A DNA stretch of 64,000 nucleotides, from the NCBI GenBank assembly GCA_964492615.1, contig CAZBKZ010000007.1, forward strand, positions 1,883 through 65,882, read 5' to 3'. The notes under the pieces are model-generated. The model was not told where the DNA came from. It saw nothing but the letters and a program-made list of their open reading frames with translations, and did no database searches. Positions 30,243 through 38,825 of this stretch are shown piece after piece. The DNA is from an uncultured Syntrophomonadaceae bacterium (lineage in GTDB: Bacteria; Bacillota; Dethiobacteria; DTU022). Position 1 is the stretch's first letter; each line of letters starts with the position of its first letter. The position numbers were made by a program, and so were the translations under genes.

Positions 30243-31537
30243 TGTCACCTGAAATGATCGGCGTTATTGGAATAATAATTCTTGTAATAATGTTATTCAT
30301 GCGATTATGGATTGGCATTATACTTGCTGTAATTGGTATGGTTGGCTATGCCCTCCTAACTAATTGGGATAGATCTCTTTTAATGATCGGCACTGAACCA
30401 TTTAGTCATGCCGCTACATATGCGATATCAGCAATGCCGCTTTTTATATTAATGGGCATGGTCGTATCTGTTACCGGGATTGCCGGCGATATGTATCAGG
30501 CTGCCCGTAACTGGATTGGTCATGTACGTGGCGGGTTAGCCATGGCCACTGTAATAGCCTGTGGTGGTTTTGCTGCAGTAACCGGTTCAAGCATGGCCAG
30601 CACTGCTACAATGGGAAAAGTTGCTTATCCTGAAATGATAAAATATAAATACAATGAGCGTCTGGCTGCAGGCTGTATTTCGGCTGGAGGCACCGTTGGT
30701 ATACTTATTCCTCCTAGTATAGGTTTTATTATATACGGACTCTTCACTGAAAATTCTATTGGCAAACTATTCATGGCGGGTATACTGCCTGGCTTAAGTG
30801 AAATACTTTTTTATATAATAACTATCTTTATTGTGTGCCGCTTTAAACCACATTATGGACCACCGGGACCAAAAGTAGTTTTAAAAGAAAAAATAGTTTC
30901 ACTCAGGGGCGTCTGGTCAATAGCAGTCCTTTTTATATTGGTTATTGGTGGCATATATGGAGGATTTTTCACTCCAACTGAAGCAGGTGCTATAGGCGCT
31001 TTTGGAGCTATTGTCATTGCCCTAGCCACTCGCAGAATAACGATCAAAGGTTTAATGAGAACTTTTCGCGAAACCGCACAAACAACTGCTATGATCATGA
31101 TTATGATTGCCGGCTCGATGATCTTTAACCGCTTTATCACTGTAAGCAAGTTACCGGTCGCTATGGGTGATTTCGTAGCCGGCCTTGATGTCTCTCCTAT
31201 TATGATCATGGCCGGTATTGTTCTACTTTACCTTGTAATAGGATGTTTTGTAGATATTATTGCAGCGATCGTCTTAACTTTACCTGTGATATACCCAATT
31301 GTGATGATTTTAGGTTTTGATCCATTTTGGTTTGGTGTTATTATGGTGAGATTAATGGAAGTAGGCGCCATTACTCCCCCCATGGGCCTTAATATTTTTA
31401 TTCTTGCCAAGACTATTAACATACCTGTTGGAACTATATACCGAAGTGTTTTTCCTTTTGTTGTAGCAGATTTTGTGAATCTGGCATTTTTAATTGCCTT
31501 TCCTCAAATCTCTCTCTTCCTGGTTAACCTTATGTAG
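30242..31537 (+). CDS. dctM: TRAP transporter large permease DctM
   Basis: PLFILMG, GILIPPS, FTPTEAG, ITPPMGLN. Confidence 0.92.
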   Translation: MSPEMIGVIGIIILVIMLFMRLWIGIILAVIGMVGYALLTNWDRSLLMIGTEPFSHAATYAISAMPLFILMGMVVSVTGIAGDMYQAARNWIGHVRGGLAMATVIACGGFAAVTGSSMASTATMGKVAYPEMIKYKYNERLAAGCISAGGTVGILIPPSIGFIIYGLFTENSIGKLFMAGILPGLSEILFYIITIFIVCRFKPHYGPPGPKVVLKEKIVSLRGVWSIAVLFILVIGGIYGGFFTPTEAGAIGAFGAIVIALATRRITIKGLMRTFRETAQTTAMIMIMIAGSMIFNRFITVSKLPVAMGDFVAGLDVSPIMIMAGIVLLYLVIGCFVDIIAAIVLTLPVIYPIVMILGFDPFWFGVIMVRLMEVGAITPPMGLNIFILAKTINIPVGTIYRSVFPFVVADFVNLAFLIAFPQISLFLVNLM

Positions 31538-31592
31538 TTATTAAAATATATTTGAAGATAAGAACATTGGTAAAAGATGTAAAGGAGTAAAC

Positions 31593-32735
31593 ATGATGAA
31601 ATATAATAAATTCAACAATATGGAATGGGTGGCATCAGCTCTGGGTTTTAGCGCAGACTCCCTTCCTGTACCTAAGCAAAAACTAAAAACCACATCTCAT
31701 CAGGTAATCGAATTACTCCAGTATTGTCTTGATAAAGGGGTTAACTATCTTGATATCGGTTATCCCTACCATCTGGGAGAAAAAAAGTACATGTCCGGTA
31801 TCATCAGTCAAGTAATTAGTGACTTTCCGAGAGATTCAGTAAAAATTGCCTTAACCATTCCCTCTTACTCGATAAAAACAGCCAATGATTTTGAGCTATA
31901 TCTAAATATGCAGTTAGAATGGTTAAAAATTGAAAAAGCAGATTTTTGCCTGCTGGGCATGTTGAACCGCGATAATTGGCCTGTTTTAAATAAGCTTAAT
32001 GTTTTGGAGTGGGTTGAAAAAGCACGGTCAGATGGACGCATTGACAAAATAGGCTTTTCTTTTCATGATCACTTTCAAATTCTTAAAGAGATAATTGCTG
32101 CCTACGACCATTGGGCAATTAGTCAGTTTCAATATAGTTATGTGGACGAAAATCATGATCCTGGAAGTAGCGGAATTGCATATGCTAGCAGTAAAGATTT
32201 GGCTGTTGTTATCAGTGAACCGCTACACAAAAAAAGACTGAGTAATAGCTTACCTTCTGAAGTTTTAAAACTGATCAGTTCTTTTCCTGCATACCATTCG
32301 CCCACTACCTGGGCTCTGCAATGGGTTTGGAATCATCCAGAAGTTTCAGTTGTTCTAGGTGAAATGTCCAATATAACCGAGGCCGAAGAACATATTTCCG
32401 CAGCTAACACGTTTAATCCGAACAGTTTAACAATCAAAGAACTGATAGCATATGAGAAAATCAAAGATTATTTTAAATCTAAAATAATTGTTCCCTGCCC
32501 CTCATGCCGTCCTTGTATGCCTTGCCCTCAAGGCATCGACGTTCCACGAATATTCGAGATATACAATGATGCTGCCATATATAATGATTATAGGACAGCC
32601 CGAAAGATCTACGCTGATGAAAATCATAGAATTGAGCTGTGCAATGAGTGTGGGAGTTGTGAAAAATCCTGTGCAAAGAGGCTGACAATAATTCAATACC
32701 TGAAACAAGCACAAATTGCGCTTGAAAACGATTGA
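31593..32735 (+). CDS. Aldo/keto reductase-fold protein with C-terminal 4Fe-4S dicluster (degenerate active site)
   Basis: SALGF, D..YPYH, IGFSFHD, QYSY.D; CPSCRPCMPCP and CNECGSCEKSC. Confidence 0.8.
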   Translation: MMKYNKFNNMEWVASALGFSADSLPVPKQKLKTTSHQVIELLQYCLDKGVNYLDIGYPYHLGEKKYMSGIISQVISDFPRDSVKIALTIPSYSIKTANDFELYLNMQLEWLKIEKADFCLLGMLNRDNWPVLNKLNVLEWVEKARSDGRIDKIGFSFHDHFQILKEIIAAYDHWAISQFQYSYVDENHDPGSSGIAYASSKDLAVVISEPLHKKRLSNSLPSEVLKLISSFPAYHSPTTWALQWVWNHPEVSVVLGEMSNITEAEEHISAANTFNPNSLTIKELIAYEKIKDYFKSKIIVPCPSCRPCMPCPQGIDVPRIFEIYNDAAIYNDYRTARKIYADENHRIELCNECGSCEKSCAKRLTIIQYLKQAQIALEND

Positions 32736-33148
32736 AACATATTTTGAAATAACAGAGTTTATAAGCTGGCCTTTCACTGCCAAAGAATATTGCATTCAAG
32801 CGATAATCCCACTAAAGCTTTCTTATGTGCAGTTAGATCGCCCACCGTAATAGCGGAATAATGGCACCATCTTTTATCAATATTTTTTCTTTAGGCAATC
32901 TGGATTGTTTGTGAATTATATAAATGACGACAAGTAAGCAGCATGAAGTGTGGATGTTGAAATGCCAAACCAAAAGCCTGTTTTTCATCTCGTAACTGAA
33001 AAACAGGTACATCTTATCACAGTTCTAACATTCCATATGTAGATCTTTTGAGAATTAGTGATGTTTTAAAATATTTCTGTAACGGCCTCACCGCATCAAG
33101 TAATTTAACCGTTTCCGGATGTTATGAATATTAAGTAGCTGATCTCTT

Positions 33149-34123
33149 TTAGAGAACTTCTTCCAAAACCCTGACAAAATTACCGTGGCAAATCTTGATC
33201 ATCTCTTCCCTGCTGAAACCGCATTTCTCCAGCATTTCACGCAGGCAGCTAAACTTTTCCACATTCTCCAGCCCTTCCGGGGTGCTGGTTATGCCGTCAA
33301 AATCAGAACCAAAACCGACACTTTCAACACCGGATACCTCGGCAATATGGCAGATATGCCTTATAACATCATCTGTTGTTGTCTGCCCCGTTTGCCTGAG
33401 AAAATCAGGGCAAAAGTTTATGCCCACCATACCGCCTGCTTCAGCCAGGGCACGCAGCTGTATGTCGCTTAAATTGCGGGGATGATCGCACAGGGCACGG
33501 GCGCATGAATGTGAAGCAACCACCGGTCTTTCTGAAAACTGCAGAACATCCCAGAAACCGGCTTCGTTAAGGTGAGAAAGGTCAATCAGCATACCGAGAT
33601 TATTCATTCTATCAATAACCCTGCGGCCAAAAAGCGACAGGCCGTTTTTACTGTATTTTTCCCCCACTCCATCAGCGATAGCATTACGCTGGTTCCAGGT
33701 TAAGCCGAGAGCCCTTACCCCCAGCCGGTAAATCAGATCAAGCATAAAAAGGCTTTCTCCGAGAATTTCTCCTCCTTCTACACTGACTAGAACACCGGTT
33801 TTGCTGCCGCCGAGCCTGCGCAAATCGCCCTTTTTACTAATTAGAAAAAGCCTTCTCCTGTTGACCTCGATAAAGTTCAGGGCTGATTCAATCAGCTGCA
33901 GACCTCTCCATGTTGCCTGGGTGGGCTTATGCTCGCTCTCTATGTACATGGCCATTATCTGCAACCCCAGGCCGGCTTTTTCTGCCCCGGCTATACTCCA
34001 GTGACTGCAACCATCAGGCTTGCGCAGATCGCTTTTTCCTGCCTGGTAATTGATTATACTGTCGTTGTGCCCGTCGGCAATCCAATATTCATGCAATCCG
34101 ACCAATCCTCCACTCGCTTGCAT
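33149..34123 (-). CDS. Membrane dipeptidase (peptidase M19 family)
   Basis: DGHND, VEGG, LTWN, DLSH, ASHS, RNLSD, GSDFDG; exact start uncertain. Confidence 0.88.
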   Translation of the reverse strand: MQASGGLVGLHEYWIADGHNDSIINYQAGKSDLRKPDGCSHWSIAGAEKAGLGLQIMAMYIESEHKPTQATWRGLQLIESALNFIEVNRRRLFLISKKGDLRRLGGSKTGVLVSVEGGEILGESLFMLDLIYRLGVRALGLTWNQRNAIADGVGEKYSKNGLSLFGRRVIDRMNNLGMLIDLSHLNEAGFWDVLQFSERPVVASHSCARALCDHPRNLSDIQLRALAEAGGMVGINFCPDFLRQTGQTTTDDVIRHICHIAEVSGVESVGFGSDFDGITSTPEGLENVEKFSCLREMLEKCGFSREEMIKICHGNFVRVLEEVL

Positions 34124-34204
34124 TTTTCCTTTTGTAGTCTATCTTACCATATTTGTGATATTATAATGGAATTGCAGCAGAAATCGGCTTGAACCGGAGT
34201 TGTC

Positions 34205-34882
34205 ATGAAGCTAAATTTTGAAGCGCTTAATGTTCGCAGAATAATTATCCGTTACCTGGTTTTTTTCGGAGGTCTGTTTTTGGTGGCCAACGGGGCTGTA
34301 TGCACGATCAATGCCAGCCTGGGAGTAAGCCCCTGGGATGTATTCCACATAGGAATGGCCAACCAGACAGGGTTGACTATCGGCCGTATCCACCAGTTAA
34401 CCGGTTTTACAGTGCTGGCAGTCAGCTACTTTTTTAAAGTGCGCATCCATATCGGGACACTGCTGAACATGATTTTCCTCGGCCTGTTTATCGACATGGT
34501 AATTACCCTGGATTACCTGCCCTATCCGGATCAGATCTGGACTTCCATTCTGCTCTACCTGGCCGGGGTTATCTTGTTCGGCCTGGGTGTTGCCTTTTAC
34601 ATCAGCCCCAACTTGGGAGCAGGCCCCCGCGACAGTCTTATGCTGGCCCTGACCAGGATAACCCGCCTGAAGACGGGAGTGATCCGCACCATAATGGAAA
34701 TTGCTGTTGCCGTTATCGGCTACCTGCTCGGCGGTCCACTCGGCATTGGAACAGTTCTTTTTGCCCTTACCCTGGGTTTTTTCATGGAAACAGGCTTCAG
34801 CCTGGTTAAATGGATCAAGAAAAGTGCCCTCTTTAGAACAGTCTGGTGCAACAGTTTACCCCGCTCCGGCAGCACCGGTTAA
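34205..34882 (+). CDS. YczE/YyaS/YitT family membrane protein
   Basis: LGVSPWDV, LGAGPRD, GGPLGIGT. Confidence 0.82.
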   Translation: MKLNFEALNVRRIIIRYLVFFGGLFLVANGAVCTINASLGVSPWDVFHIGMANQTGLTIGRIHQLTGFTVLAVSYFFKVRIHIGTLLNMIFLGLFIDMVITLDYLPYPDQIWTSILLYLAGVILFGLGVAFYISPNLGAGPRDSLMLALTRITRLKTGVIRTIMEIAVAVIGYLLGGPLGIGTVLFALTLGFFMETGFSLVKWIKKSALFRTVWCNSLPRSGSTG

Positions 34883-35103
34883 GTAGAAGGTGCAAAATTA
34901 GGGAACCCTCTGAATGAATCTTCATGTTCAATTAAGCTGTTCATCTGCCGGAAAATTTTTTAATATCCAGATTTTTAGAGGAGATCGATAATATTTGTTT
35001 GAATTATTGTAGGTGGCAGGACAACGCGCAAATACAGTATAAAATAGAAAACAGTTAACATTATATAATCCCGGCCAACGAAAGAATGTAGAGGCGTTCC
35101 GTT

Positions 35104-36384
35104 ATGTATACCAGCGACCTGGACCTAGTTGGACTGGCACTCGAAAATCAGACCCCGCCTGTATGCTCTTACAAGCGGGGAAAAGTTCTATACTGGCAGG
35201 GTGACCCGGTAGAAAATTTATATGTAATAGATAAAGGAGCAGTAAAAATATCTTCCATCTCCGGCACGGGACGGATTTACTCCCACGGGATTTTAGGAAC
35301 CGGTCATTTAATTGGCGCTACAGATTACTTCCTCGATGGAATTCATGAAACAACTGCAGAAATATGTACTGAACAAACCCGGTTGTTCACTTTTACAGTT
35401 AAACAGTTTCAAAACCTCATAAATGGTAACCCAAATTTTTCTGCTATTGTTATGCGCGAATTGGCTAAAGAAGCGAAAGTGCATCTATGCAAAGCACAGG
35501 AATTAAGTTTTCTCGATGTGCAACAGCGCTTAATGCACAGTCTGATATCCCTGGCGGGAGAACACGGTTTAAAAACTGAGGAAGGCGTTGAAATTGGAGT
35601 TAATATCACCCATGAAGATATTGGGGAAATGATCAATGCAAACCGCACTACAATCACACTATGCCTGCAGGAACTGAGAAAACTTGGCTATATCAGGAAT
35701 GAAGGTAGACGGATTATCCTGATCCCTATTGAACATATGGACCTTCTCGATCAGTTGAGTGAAGCAATTCTAACAGGTGAAATGGGTGAAGCCGCCGACC
35801 TGGCTTCAGAAGCGGTCAAGGAAGGAATAGATCCGGTCATTGTTTTAAACTCGCTGTTAAATGGAATGAAAAGGATAGACCGCAAGTATACACAGAGACA
35901 ATTGGACATCAATGATATCATCTGGTCTTCCATGCACATGAAAGATGCTTTACCGGTTATCGAAACAGCGATTCAAAAGGAAGGCCTTAAACTCAACCAC
36001 CTCGAAAGAATTGTGTTGGGAACAGTCCAGGGTGATATACATGATATTGGTAAAACCGTGGTTTCTATGCTGTTCAGGGCACGTGGATTCGAGGTTGTTG
36101 ACCTTGGAGTAGATGTGCCTGCCAGGCAGTTTGTTGAAGCAGTAAAAAAATACAGACCGGGCATCCTGGCCATGTCTGCTTTTCTTACCTCTACCCAGTG
36201 CGAAATGAAAAAAGTTATTGATAAATTAAATAATATGGCATTACGCAACGGGGTTAAAATAATGATTGGGGGTGCTTCTGCTACTTCCAGGCTTGCCAGA
36301 GAAATAGGGGCAGATGGACATGCCCCCGATGGCAGGGGGGGTGTCGAATTAGCTTGGGGCTGGTGCAGTAACCCCGGCAATTAA
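35104..36384 (+). CDS. CRP/FNR-family regulator fused to a corrinoid cap and B12-binding domain
   Basis: cNMP domain (QGD..E.LY.I..G.VKI), HTH 'THEDIGEMINANRTTIT', then 'GTVQGDIHDIGK', 'SAFLT', 'MIGGA'. Confidence 0.88.
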   Translation: MYTSDLDLVGLALENQTPPVCSYKRGKVLYWQGDPVENLYVIDKGAVKISSISGTGRIYSHGILGTGHLIGATDYFLDGIHETTAEICTEQTRLFTFTVKQFQNLINGNPNFSAIVMRELAKEAKVHLCKAQELSFLDVQQRLMHSLISLAGEHGLKTEEGVEIGVNITHEDIGEMINANRTTITLCLQELRKLGYIRNEGRRIILIPIEHMDLLDQLSEAILTGEMGEAADLASEAVKEGIDPVIVLNSLLNGMKRIDRKYTQRQLDINDIIWSSMHMKDALPVIETAIQKEGLKLNHLERIVLGTVQGDIHDIGKTVVSMLFRARGFEVVDLGVDVPARQFVEAVKKYRPGILAMSAFLTSTQCEMKKVIDKLNNMALRNGVKIMIGGASATSRLAREIGADGHAPDGRGGVELAWGWCSNPGN

Positions 36385-36431
36385 TACTTCAGCCGGGAAT
36401 CAAAAACGCCTTTACTAAATATAATAATTTG

Positions 36432-36455
36432 AAGCGGCTAAAAAAGCCGCTTTTT
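36432..36455 (+). terminator. Rho-independent terminator after the regulator
   Basis: AAGCGGCT-AAAAA-AGCCGCTT followed by Ts. Confidence 0.7.
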
Positions 36456-36456
36456 G

Positions 36457-36499
36457 TTGTTGTCCAGACAACAAACGTCATAGCTGGTTAAGGTAAAAT
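36457..36499 (+). promoter_or_regulatory. CRP/FNR-type operator (TTGTTGTC-CA-GACAACAA) with -10 TAAAAT
   Basis: Perfect 8-bp inverted repeat, TGTTG-N6-CAACA core, centred ~41 nt upstream of the inferred +1. Confidence 0.7.
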
Positions 36500-36527
36500 T
36501 AATAAAAACAGTGGAAAGGGGTATGGC

Positions 36528-37724
36528 ATGCCTAACCTGATATTAACTATGGTGAAAGCCCTGGCTAAAAAAAAGCTACAGTTTGGTAAGCTCAGCGGAC
36601 TTGAACGATTCATGTTGGCACAAGCCGGTCTGCCGGATCGCATTCCTACAATGCTGGCTGCAACAAACATTGAGCCCTACATGCTGAATCCGCAATACAA
36701 CTGGAAATCAACAGTGGAAAGCTTGGAAGCCAATATTGCTCTTGCCGATCAGGTCTGCGCGCAGTTTGATTGTGACCTGGTTTTTGTGCCGGTATGGATG
36801 GGAACAATGGGTATGGGAGCAGCTGACCTGGGTACTGAATATAAGATTTCTAAGAAAAGGGTTCCCTACCCTGTTGCTTACCCGATAAAAAGCATGGAAG
36901 ATATCGTGAATATTAAACCACCTGAAGAAGTTTCGGGCTATTTGAAGATGTTTTTTGATGTTACCCTGGAGATTCAAAAGCGCCATCCCGAACAATTTTC
37001 TCCTCTCGCACTTGATGGCCCCTGGGATCTGGCCATGCTGCTAAGGGGAGACGACAAGCTTCCATTCGATATGCGCATTCACAAAGATTACATGGAGACT
37101 GATGATCCGGTAAGGAAAGAAAAGATAAGAAAGCGCGGCAATCCCGAGATTTACCCGGCTATTATGAATCTGACTACCCGTCTGGTAATCAGGCATTTTG
37201 AGCTGGCTAAAAAACACGGCCTCCCTTTGTTCGGAGCATCTTTGGTAGACCAGTATGCAGCCAGCCCGATTTTAAGCCGCAATGATTATGTCAGGTATGT
37301 TCTGCCCTATATTGAAAAGGTTTGGCTCTACCAAAACAAAAAACTGGGCATTCTTGCTCCCTGTGCTTCTCCGATGGAAATGAAAAAAATCCTTGAAACA
37401 GAACCTGCAGGTATAAACCACCAGATATCATGGTCAAATTACATCTTTCCAACCACTCCGGAAGGTGTAACACTGCCTGAATATGACAAACCGGTATTTG
37501 AACTGGCAAAAATACATAAAAAATGTTTTATGTATATCGTTCATGGCAAATTCCTGCGGGACGCATATGAAGATGAAATCGAGGCGCTGATCAAGCGGAT
37601 ATGCACCCTGGCAACAAAAATGCGAACATCGATTACAATCTCTCTCAGCGCAATTACGCCGGACACCGACCTGGATAAGATCCATAAAGTCTTTTATCTG
37701 GTTAAGAAATACGGGAGGTATTAA
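36528..37724 (+). CDS. UroD/MtaA-fold corrinoid methyltransferase-like protein
   Basis: PDRIP, A.DLG, 'GPWDLAMLLRG', D..AS, Y..YVLPY, terminal 'KKYGRY'; adjacent to a corrinoid protein. Confidence 0.7.
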   Translation: MPNLILTMVKALAKKKLQFGKLSGLERFMLAQAGLPDRIPTMLAATNIEPYMLNPQYNWKSTVESLEANIALADQVCAQFDCDLVFVPVWMGTMGMGAADLGTEYKISKKRVPYPVAYPIKSMEDIVNIKPPEEVSGYLKMFFDVTLEIQKRHPEQFSPLALDGPWDLAMLLRGDDKLPFDMRIHKDYMETDDPVRKEKIRKRGNPEIYPAIMNLTTRLVIRHFELAKKHGLPLFGASLVDQYAASPILSRNDYVRYVLPYIEKVWLYQNKKLGILAPCASPMEMKKILETEPAGINHQISWSNYIFPTTPEGVTLPEYDKPVFELAKIHKKCFMYIVHGKFLRDAYEDEIEALIKRICTLATKMRTSITISLSAITPDTDLDKIHKVFYLVKKYGRY

Positions 37725-37725
37725 A

Positions 37726-38352
37726 ATGCTTAAATCAATTACCGAGGCTGTTCGCGATGGAAATACTTATGATATAGAGGAACTGATCCAGGCTGGCCTG
37801 GATGCAGGGGAAAAACCTTTTGACATACTCCAAGCCATGATGAAAGGGTTGGAGCAGTGTGGAGACAAATTTGAGAATGGAGAGTTTTTTTTACCAGAAC
37901 TGATTATTGCAGGCGATACTTTTAACAATGGAATAGCTATAATCAAGCCGCAACTGGGCCAGGCGACCTTAGGGCAGGCGGGAAAGGTAATTCTGGGCAC
38001 TGTTTCCGGGGATGTCCACGATATTGGAAAGAATCTGGTTGGATTTTTACTTAAAAGTTCCGGCTTTGAAGTTATTGATATCGGTACAGATGTCAGTACT
38101 GAATCCTTTGTTGCTGCTGTTAAAAAACATGAGCCTGATATTCTCGGAATTTCAGCTTTACTGACTACCACTATGCTCAGCATGGGAGAAATAATTATAG
38201 CGCTGGACGAAGAAAACTTACGTAATAAAACCAAAGTAATTATCGGCGGAGGACCGGTTTCAGCTCGTTTCGCCGAAGAAATAAACGCTGATGCATATGC
38301 ATCTGATGCAGCAGAAGGCATCCGAAAAATAAGAACTATGATTGCTAATTAA
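37726..38352 (+). CDS. Corrinoid (cobalamin-binding) methyl-carrier protein, MtaC/MttC family
   Basis: FFLPEL cap motif, GDVHDIGKN, SALLTTT, IIGGG. Confidence 0.92.
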   Translation: MLKSITEAVRDGNTYDIEELIQAGLDAGEKPFDILQAMMKGLEQCGDKFENGEFFLPELIIAGDTFNNGIAIIKPQLGQATLGQAGKVILGTVSGDVHDIGKNLVGFLLKSSGFEVIDIGTDVSTESFVAAVKKHEPDILGISALLTTTMLSMGEIIIALDEENLRNKTKVIIGGGPVSARFAEEINADAYASDAAEGIRKIRTMIAN

Positions 38353-38700
38353 TATAGCACAATTACTGTTGGCTTTATTAGTCATTTTTCACTTTTTGCA
38401 CATAAATTACACAATCCAATATTTTTTCCTAAACTCTATAGCTTGCTTAATACCTCTATATTTGTAAATAAAAAGTGCAACAAAAGCGGGATTTATTTAT
38501 AATTTATAGAAATGCTCCATAATCCTATGAACAACGAAGATATCAAGTAATATTTTTCCACTACCAATGATTTTTGTGCTGCATTTTTTTATATGAAAAG
38601 TATAAAGGCTAATAATTGCAACACTATTGAGATCATTACTTCTTTTTGTTAAAATCTATTTAGTATTTATTTACGGCTGGGAGGCAGTCTGCCCAGTTGA

Positions 38701-38773
38701 CGGAGATTACATTGATCCCGGTCCTCAAAGTGGTCACCTCGAACCGGGGGAGCAAATGGTGAAACCGGCTCCG
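38701..38773 (+). ncRNA. c-di-GMP-II riboswitch
   Basis: P1 CGGAG/CTCCG, CCCGGT/ACCGGG stem, TGGTCACC pairing with GGTGA in 'GGAGC-AAA-TGGTGAAACCGG'; upstream of a surface-protein gene. Confidence 0.68.
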
Positions 38774-38825
38774 CGACTTAAGGTTTTATTTCTTATTCTG
38801 TCGCGAACGGAGGTGACAATAACAA

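Noticed and set aside
32736-33148. Possible gene remnant or island boundary in the AT-rich gap
   Set aside because: No recognisable translation product, direct repeat or att site by eye
36528-38352. Pyrrolysine (TAG) readthrough in the methyltransferase cluster
   Set aside because: Both genes end in TAA with no in-frame TAG, and the enzyme is not MtmB/MtbB/MttB-like
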